Source: an uncultured Gemmatimonadales bacterium (GTDB taxonomy: Bacteria; Gemmatimonadota; Gemmatimonadetes; Gemmatimonadales; GWC2-71-9). From it: 64,000 nucleotides of DNA. A program made the position numbers and the translations under genes. The notes beneath the pieces were generated by a model. The model ran no database searches, was not told the origin of the DNA, and saw only the letters and a program-made list of their open reading frames with translations. The stretch spans positions 74,150-138,149 of the forward strand of contig CAVUDL010000003.1 in assembly GCA_963740175.1 (NCBI GenBank). Direction: 5' to 3'. Below are positions 57,682-64,000 of this stretch, piece by piece. Numbering within the stretch: the stretch's first letter is position 1; each line of letters opens with the position of its first letter.

Positions 57682-58854
57682 TCAGGTGGCGTCGGGGGCC
57701 ACCAGGGTCGGATACACCGCTACGAACCGGGCATGGAACTCCTGCGACGTCAGGATGTGGCCCTGCTTCTGAGCTTCGGCCGCAACCTTGAACCCGAACT
57801 GAGCTGCAGCCATCCGCTGGCTGGGTGTGCCATGATGCCCGTCGCTAGTGAACCCGCAATCGCCAATCTGGAAGAACACCTGGAGGAACTGCTGGACGCG
57901 CTTCTGATTGAGCGCCAGACCCTGGCTGTGGGTGAGGAAATAAGCAGCGAAAGCATCTGCCATCAGCTCGGTGTAGCGCGTCTTCTCCGCCTCGGTCACC
58001 CGTCCCCTGGTGCCCGGGACTGGCTCGTCAATGTAGCCGTTCTCGTACTGAATGTGGTGACCGAACTCGTGCGCGTAGATCCCTTGGGGCGCCACGTCAC
58101 CAAAGCCCAGGGCCTGGTAACCGGCCATGATGGCGTCGCCCATGACAATCTTGTCGGGGACAGATCCGCCGAACGTCGAGAATGCGAACGCGTTGAAGGT
58201 AAAGAGCGCGTGATTGCCCTGGTTTAACGTTTGGGACGTGCTGACTGCGTCCTTGATGGCCGCCGCGTACGACTCGGCAGTGGCCCTGGGAAGCCCGAAC
58301 ACGAGTTCGTACGTTCTCGCGACCCGCGTGGCGTCCAGAAGCATGCTGCCATGCATGGCGACCAGCTGGATGTCATCCGAACGGATGTTCCAGAAGCGCT
58401 TCACGTCGGTGTGGGTCTTCTGCATGACTTGGGTATACTCGCCGTTGTAGCCGAAGTATTGCGGCGTGGCATCGGTCTGGAAGTACAATGCCTCATACGT
58501 CGGGATCAGATCCGCCAGCAGCTGGTTATAGAGCAGGTCGAAGACCGCGGGTTCCTTGGTGATCACATTCGTGACCTCACCGAGCCACCAGTCAACAACC
58601 GGGGTCGATGGGGGACACTCGTAATCTCTCGGGTGTAGGATTCGGTACAGCGACTGGGGAATCTCTTGATCGCTTATCCGTCCGGAAGCGGGCAGCTTCA
58701 GCGCGCCCCTCTCGAGTCCGGCGCGGGGGGCTGACTGGGATAGCTCAGAGCCCGGAACAGTGCCGGGAGCGGTAGATTCGGTGGACTCGTCCTGGCATCC
58801 AATCGTCCCCACTGCAACAGCTAAGCACAAGCCGTATAGAACGTTCCTTCTCAT
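57682..58854 (-). CDS. Secreted zinc metallopeptidase lipoprotein (HExxH; distant YpfJ-like neutral metallopeptidase)
   Basis: MRRNVLYGLCLAVAVGTIGC lipobox, AHEFGHHIQYENG, TELMADAFAAYF. ATG 58854 after AAGGAGAG; the longer track ORF to 59100 was rejected. Confidence 0.65.
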   Translation of the reverse strand: MRRNVLYGLCLAVAVGTIGCQDESTESTAPGTVPGSELSQSAPRAGLERGALKLPASGRISDQEIPQSLYRILHPRDYECPPSTPVVDWWLGEVTNVITKEPAVFDLLYNQLLADLIPTYEALYFQTDATPQYFGYNGEYTQVMQKTHTDVKRFWNIRSDDIQLVAMHGSMLLDATRVARTYELVFGLPRATAESYAAAIKDAVSTSQTLNQGNHALFTFNAFAFSTFGGSVPDKIVMGDAIMAGYQALGFGDVAPQGIYAHEFGHHIQYENGYIDEPVPGTRGRVTEAEKTRYTELMADAFAAYFLTHSQGLALNQKRVQQFLQVFFQIGDCGFTSDGHHGTPSQRMAAAQFGFKVAAEAQKQGHILTSQEFHARFVAVYPTLVAPDAT

Positions 58855-58942
58855 GAACGAACTCTCCTTTTGATCGATGTTGTCGCATGCGTTCGGTGTC
58901 AGGTGGCAGCAATACCTCCCCCTGGGCATCCGAGGCGGGCAT

Positions 58943-58971
58943 ATACTACCCCCGGGTATCCTAAAACGCAA
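58943..58971 (-). promoter_or_regulatory. Candidate promoter TTGCGT-N17-TAGTAT (copy B), about 90 nt upstream of the metallopeptidase ATG
   Basis: Paralogous to 57573-57601. Confidence 0.45.
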
Positions 58972-59077
58972 TAGCCCGCCAGCCCAGTGCGCTTCAGGAA
59001 ACTTTGGCTGGACGTCCCCGCCCACGAGCCCTACTTTCAACCCGTTCTCGCAGCCCTCTCCCACCGACAGGCATCGC

Positions 59078-61272
59078 ATGGCGACCCAGATCCGGCCCAC
59101 CGCCCCCCCGGAAACCCCCGAGTTCAGGCCCTACGTCCCGCCCGGACCCAGTCTCCCGCGGAGCTCACCGCCCGGGCCGTCATTCTGGGCGCGATCCTCG
59201 GCATCGTCTTCGCCGCCTCCAGCGTATACCTGGCGCTCAAGATCGGGCTGACCGTATCGGCCTCGATCCCCATCGCCGTGCTCGCGGTCGCCTTCTTCAG
59301 AACCCTGGGCAAGTCCACCATCCTCGAAAACAACATCGTCCAGACCACCGGCTCGGCCGGTGAGTCGATCGCGGCCGGGGTGGTCTTCACGCTCCCGGCC
59401 ATTTTGTTGATGGGCTACGACCTGAACGTCAGCAAGGTGGCGGTGATCGCGGTCATCGGCGGGCTGCTCGGCATTCTGATGATGATCCCGCTGCGGCGGG
59501 CGCTGATTGTGAAGGAGCACGGCAACCTCACCTATCCCGAAGGCACGGCATGCGCCGAGGTGCTCGTGGCAGGGGACAAGGGAGGCCTGCAGGCCCGGCT
59601 GCTGTTTCAGGCGTTCGGCCTCGCCTTCCTCTACAAATTCCTGATGGCGGGGCTTCATCTCTGGAAGGAGTATCCGGGCCGAGTATCCAGCTTCTACAAG
59701 AACGCGTCCATCTCGGCGGAGGTGTCGCCTGAGCTGCTGGGAGTCGGCTATATCATCGGCCCGCGCATCGCCGGCTACCTGTTCGCGGGTGGGTGCCTGG
59801 CGTACCTGGTGCTCATCCCCGCCATTACGCTCTTCGGCTCCGGCCTGACGCAACCTATCTTCGCCGAGACCAAGCTCATCCGCGACATGAGTCCGAGCGA
59901 GGTTCGGGCCGAGTTCGTGTTTTACATTGGTGCCGGCGCTGTGGCTTCGGCGGGGATCATCGCCCTGTTGCGGGCGCTGCCGACCATCGTCGGAGCCTTC
60001 CGGTCCGGGTTCCAGGACCTCCGGCGCAGCGCTGGTGAGCTGTCGAGCCGGGCGCGTACCGATATCGACCTGCCGATCTGGGTCACTATCGCCGGCTCAC
60101 TGTTCCTGGCGCTGATCCTGACGTTCCTGCCGCAGGTTGGCGTCAATCTGCTGGGCGCGGTGCTTATCATCATCTTCGGCTTCTTCTTCGTGGTGGTTTC
60201 CTCCCGCATCACCGGCGTCATTGGCGTCAGCGCCAATCCGATCTCGGGCATGACCATCGCCGCCCTGATCGGGACGGCGACGATCTTCTATCTGATAGGC
60301 TGGACTGGAGTGGACTATCGGGTCGCGGCGATCTCGATCGCGGCCGTGATCGCGGTGTCGGCCGCCCTGGCGGGCACCACCAGCCAGGATCTGAAGACGG
60401 GATTTCTGGTCGGGTCCACCCCCAAGCGGCAGCAGATCGCGATCATGGTCGGCGCCATGACCTCCGCACTGGCGATCGGCTGGACCATCTCCCTGCTCAA
60501 TACCACTTATACCAACGTAGTGCCCGAGCGTCATCCCGGCGTCGCGCTTCAGGCCGCGGCACCCGGCTCCCTGGACCGGTCGGTCACCAGCCTGGGCGAG
60601 CGGATGCGGCACGAAGGCCGCGAGTGGGAAGTCGTTCGGGTGAATCTGCCGACCGAAGGCGTCCAGCCCGGTAAATACCTGATCGATCCGGGAACCCGGG
60701 AAGTGGCCTATCTGGTCGACCCGGGTATCGGCGGGCGCATTCGGGAAATCAACGGCAAGCCGGTCACCAAGCTCGATTCGCCCAAGGCCACGATTATGGC
60801 GCTGGTCACCGACGGCATCCTGACCCAGCGACTACCGTGGGGGCTGGTGCTGATCGGAGTCTTTCTCACGATCGCTATCGAGCTGATGGGGCTTCAATCT
60901 TTGCCAATAGCGGTCGGAGTCTACCTGCCGATCTCTACCTCCGCCCCCATGTTCATCGGAGGAGCGGTGCGCTGGCTGGTTGAGCGACGCACGAAGAGCG
61001 GCTCACGCTCCATCGCCGAGGTGGAATCGGGACCCGGCGTGCTCTATGCCAGCGGTTTGATCGCCGGTGGCGCAATTGCGGGGGTCGCGATAGCCGGGAT
61101 CGCCGCGGCGCTGGTGTCGAAGGCGGAAGCGGCACAAGTTCCGGCCGCAGAGTACCTGGCCCACGTGGTCGGCTTGCAGCGGGTCCTCGGTGGCTTTGCC
61201 GTCAGTGACCTCGCGGCCCTCCTGATGTTCGCGATCCTGGGCGCGCTGCTGTATCGGGTAGCACGCCGCTAA
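59078..61272 (+). pseudogene. OPT family oligopeptide transporter, one frame break near 59157
   Basis: MATQIRPTAPPETPEFRPYVPPGPSLP (frame of ORF 58877..59251) joins ELTARAVILGAILGIVFAASSVYLALKIGL... of the 761-aa ORF. Confidence 0.85.
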
Positions 61273-61297
61273 GGCCTCCGAGCCTGCTGTGAGATAA

Positions 61298-62185
61298 ATG
61301 CGGGTCATCACGCTGCTGCCCTCGGCCACTGAGATTGTGGCCGCGCTGGGTGGCGCGGAATCTCTGGTCGGCATCTCGCACGAGTGCGATTATCCCGGTT
61401 CGGTGCAGCACCTGCCACGCGTCACTTCCACCCCGCTCGATGTGGATGCGCCCGGTGCCATCCTCGACGCCGAGGTGCGCCGGCTCCGCGACTCTGGTCA
61501 GGGGGTGATCGGGATCGAGGCCGAGCTGCTGCGTCGGTTGCAGCCGGACCTGATCGTCACTCAGAGCCTCTGTGACGTCTGCGCCGTCTCGGATGGTGCG
61601 GTACACCGATTGACGGAAGCGCTGAATCCCGCGCCACAGGTTCTCACGCTCGAGGGGCGAGATCTCGCTGGCATCTGGGCCGATATTCGGCGGGTAGGAG
61701 CAGCGCTCCAGCTGGCTGACGAGGCGGAGGAGTTGGTGCTGGGATTGCAGAGCCGGCTCCGCCGGCTGAGAGGCGCTCGTCCCGGTAAGCCCCCGCGCGT
61801 CGTATGCGTTGAGTGGCTCGACCCGCTGTATCTCGCCGGCCATTGGGTCCCCGAACTGGTCGAGGCAGCCGGCGGCGACGACGTAGGCGCACGACCGGGG
61901 AGCCACTCCCGCCGCTGCGAGTGGCAGGAGGTTCGCGACCTTCGGCCGGACCACGTACTCGTCATGCTGTGTGGCTTTGGAATCCCCCGCGCCAGGAGCG
62001 AGCTCGTTGCGTTGCGGGATTCCGAGGCGCTGGCCTTCCTGAGCGGTGCGATGGTCTCGATCATCGATGGCAACGCGTACACATCACGGGCCGGCCCGCG
62101 AGTGGTGGACGGGGCGGACCGGATTCGGGCCGCGCTGTTCCCCCGGCCTGGCCCGGACAGCCCCCGTTGGCTGCCGGAGACGTGA
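61298..62185 (+). CDS. BtuF/FecB-like (Peripla_BP_2) cobalamin/siderophore-type binding protein without signal peptide
   Basis: [19 protein letters not shown]...[11 protein letters not shown]...[13 protein letters not shown]. Confidence 0.65.
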   Translation: MRVITLLPSATEIVAALGGAESLVGISHECDYPGSVQHLPRVTSTPLDVDAPGAILDAEVRRLRDSGQGVIGIEAELLRRLQPDLIVTQSLCDVCAVSDGAVHRLTEALNPAPQVLTLEGRDLAGIWADIRRVGAALQLADEAEELVLGLQSRLRRLRGARPGKPPRVVCVEWLDPLYLAGHWVPELVEAAGGDDVGARPGSHSRRCEWQEVRDLRPDHVLVMLCGFGIPRARSELVALRDSEALAFLSGAMVSIIDGNAYTSRAGPRVVDGADRIRAALFPRPGPDSPRWLPET

Positions 62186-62664
62186 GGATCGTTGAGGCAG
62201 ACGATCAGAGCGCGCTGGCTACCGCCCGCACGCTGTTTCAGGAGTATGCGGAAAGTCTGAAGATCGACCTCTGTTTCCAGGATTTCGCAACCGAGCTCGC
62301 CACGCTGCCGGGCGCGTATGCTCGCCCCGCTGGACGTCTCCTGCTCGCATCGGTGGAACAGCAGATCGCGGGCTGCGTTGCGCTGCGGCCTCTTGGCCCC
62401 GGCGTGGGTGAGATGAAGCGCCTCTACGTGCGACCGTCATTCAGAGGCTTCGGCGTCGGACGGATACTGGCCGAGGCGATCGTGGAGGAGAGTCGCCTGG
62501 CGGGTTACCGGCGGCTGCGACTCGACACCTTACCCTCGATGGGGCAGGCTCAATCGTTGTACCGACAGATGGGCTTTCGCCCGATCGCTCCCTACCGCGA
62601 CAATCCGGTCGAAGGAGCGGTGTACCTCGAACTGGAATTGGACCCGCCTCCCCGTGAACCGTGA
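62182..62664 (+). CDS. GNAT family N-acetyltransferase
   Basis: [25 protein letters not shown]...LYRQMGF. GTGA overlap with the upstream stop. Confidence 0.75.
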   Translation: MRIVEADDQSALATARTLFQEYAESLKIDLCFQDFATELATLPGAYARPAGRLLLASVEQQIAGCVALRPLGPGVGEMKRLYVRPSFRGFGVGRILAEAIVEESRLAGYRRLRLDTLPSMGQAQSLYRQMGFRPIAPYRDNPVEGAVYLELELDPPPREP

Positions 62665-63721
62665 CTCACTGGCTTTCCTGAAATCGTTGCTGGACACGCC
62701 GGGTCCATCGTCCTTCGAGGCGGCACCCGCCCGCGTGTGGCGGGCCGAGGCGGGGAAGTTCGCCGACTCGGTCCATGGGGATGTCAGCGGCAACTCTTTT
62801 GCCGCCATCAACGCGGACGCCGCACCCCGGCTGATGCTCGCCGGCCACATCGATGAGATCGGCGTGATGGTGACGCACATCGACGCGGAGGGCTACCTCA
62901 GCTTCGACACCATTGGCGGGTGGGACCACCAGGTCTTCGTCGGACAGCGGGTGATTCTGCTGGGCCGTACAGGGTCAGTGATCGGCGTGGTAGGCAAACG
63001 CGCGATTCACCTCATGGAACGAGAAGAGCGGGAGAAGGTATCGAAAGTCGAGGATCTCTGGATCGATATCGGAGCCGCTAACCGGGGGGAGGCGGAGGCG
63101 CGGGTGAGAATCGGTGATCCGGGCGTGCTGGCGGCCGGGGTCCTTGAATTCCCCAACGGCAGGCTGGTGAGCCGCTGCATTGACAACCGCATCGGGGCTT
63201 TCGTGGTGCTGGAAGCGTTGCGGCTTCTCGCCGCCGACCGGCCGCAGGCATCCGTAACGGCAGTGGCCACGACGCGGGAAGAGATCGCGTCTTCGGGAGG
63301 TGGGGCGCGCTCATCTGCCCACCGGCTCGAGCCGGATGTGGCCATCGTGGTGGATGTCACCCACGCCACCGACTATCCCGGTATTGAGAAGAGGAAGCAC
63401 GGCGACTACCGACTGGGAGGAGGCCCCACGCTGGCGCGGGGCGCATCCGTCAGCGAGGTGGTATTCGAGCTGCTGGTGGAGACGGCCGAAGCAGAGAAGA
63501 TTCCCTACACCATCGAGGCAGCGTCCCGCGACACTCACACCGATGCTGAAGCCATCTTCAATGCACATCGGGGCGTAGCCACGGCGCTGGTCTCCGTTCC
63601 CAATCGATACATGCACAGTCCCAATGAAATGGTGGCGCTGGAGGACCTCGATCGAACCGCGCAGCTGCTCGCGGCCTTCGCCCGACGGCTTACCCCAGAG
63701 ACCAACCTGGTGCCGCAGTGA
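62654..63721 (+). CDS. M42 family metallopeptidase (glutamyl aminopeptidase / FrvX-like)
   Basis: [47 protein letters not shown]. Confidence 0.85.
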   Translation: MNRDSLAFLKSLLDTPGPSSFEAAPARVWRAEAGKFADSVHGDVSGNSFAAINADAAPRLMLAGHIDEIGVMVTHIDAEGYLSFDTIGGWDHQVFVGQRVILLGRTGSVIGVVGKRAIHLMEREEREKVSKVEDLWIDIGAANRGEAEARVRIGDPGVLAAGVLEFPNGRLVSRCIDNRIGAFVVLEALRLLAADRPQASVTAVATTREEIASSGGGARSSAHRLEPDVAIVVDVTHATDYPGIEKRKHGDYRLGGGPTLARGASVSEVVFELLVETAEAEKIPYTIEAASRDTHTDAEAIFNAHRGVATALVSVPNRYMHSPNEMVALEDLDRTAQLLAAFARRLTPETNLVPQ

Positions 63722-63748
63722 CACGCTGAGCCTATATTCCCCGATCCT

Positions 63749-64000
63749 ATGTGGCGTACCGTTCTGCTCGGCGTTTCGCTAGGCCTCTTCCCCGCCGCTC
63801 ACCGGCTCCAGGCTCAGCACTCTCCCGAACCACCCCGACTGCTCGATGACATCCGCTTCCTGAGCGATGACCGGCTGCAGGGCCGCATGACAGGATCGCG
63901 GGGGGCGGATTCAGCCGCCGCGTATCTGGCCCGTCGCTTTTCCCAGGTCGGGCTGCAGCCCGCGGCCGGAGGGTGGTTCCAGTCGTTTAGCGTCGGCCGG
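63749..64000 (+). CDS. Probable M28-family aminopeptidase, N-terminal fragment (runs off window end)
   Basis: Own translation MWRTVLLGVSLGLFPAAHRLQA...IRFLSDDRLQGRMTGSRGADSAAAYLARRFSQVGLQP, typical of M28 N-termini. Confidence 0.5.
   Translation, partial: MWRTVLLGVSLGLFPAAHRLQAQHSPEPPRLLDDIRFLSDDRLQGRMTGSRGADSAAAYLARRFSQVGLQPAAGGWFQSFSVGR

Noticed and set aside
58855-59100. N-terminal 82-residue extension of the metallopeptidase ORF (track start 59100)
   Set aside because: The extension crosses the divergent promoter region and the conserved promoter-like block. ATG 58854 has a strong RBS and yields a proper lipoprotein signal peptide.

Overview
High-GC (about two-thirds G+C by eye) bacterial chromosomal segment, densely coding and mostly housekeeping or envelope functions. 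No rRNA, tRNA, CRISPR array, transposase, integrase or phage genes were seen. The gene content (CarboxypepD_reg-type TonB receptor, many secreted peptidases, an OPT transporter) suggests a soil Gemmatimonadota/Acidobacteriota-like organism, but this is a low-confidence inference.

Main blocks, in order:
- TonB-dependent receptor (partial).
- V4R protein and M24 peptidase operon.
- ECF sigma and zinc-finger anti-sigma, packed directly against DUF92, a geranylgeranyl-reductase-like enzyme, flavin reductase, methyltransferase, SRPBCC and a stand-alone KAS.
- Aquaporin.
- Response regulator followed by ccmABCD.
- STAS protein, acs and kup.
- DsbA and VKOR.
- OsmC and a CDP-alcohol phosphatidyltransferase, divergent from a GalU-like nucleotidyltransferase and an AdoMetDC-like protein.
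- Large M16 peptidase, TPR protein and a GxxExxY cassette.
- Sensor kinase and sigma-54 activator, directly upstream of a complete pqqABCDE operon. Its 24-codon pqqA is absent from the ORF track.
- pruA, cutA, trxC and an acyl-ACP desaturase.
- metH, a bifunctional homocysteine methyltransferase/MTHFR, and an acyl-CoA dehydrogenase.
- A secreted-protease and peptide-uptake neighbourhood: PBP4, S8, zinc metallopeptidase, OPT, M42 and M28.

Two properties affect the whole window:
1. About 36 reading-frame breaks interrupt otherwise well-conserved genes. By my frame arithmetic they are almost all net +1, and 35 of the 36 lie before 45.1 kb. This looks more like an insertion-biased assembly error than gene decay.
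2. Short G-rich tandem or palindromic repeat families sit at gene boundaries: AGCGGGG/CCCCGCT, GTGAGAG heptamers, and AGCTGGGAGCTAGG.

The best candidates for something new are the ECF/anti-sigma-linked lipid or polyketide tailoring array, the sigma-54 two-component control of PQQ synthesis, and the repeat families. Several long ORFs in the track are antisense shadows and were rejected.
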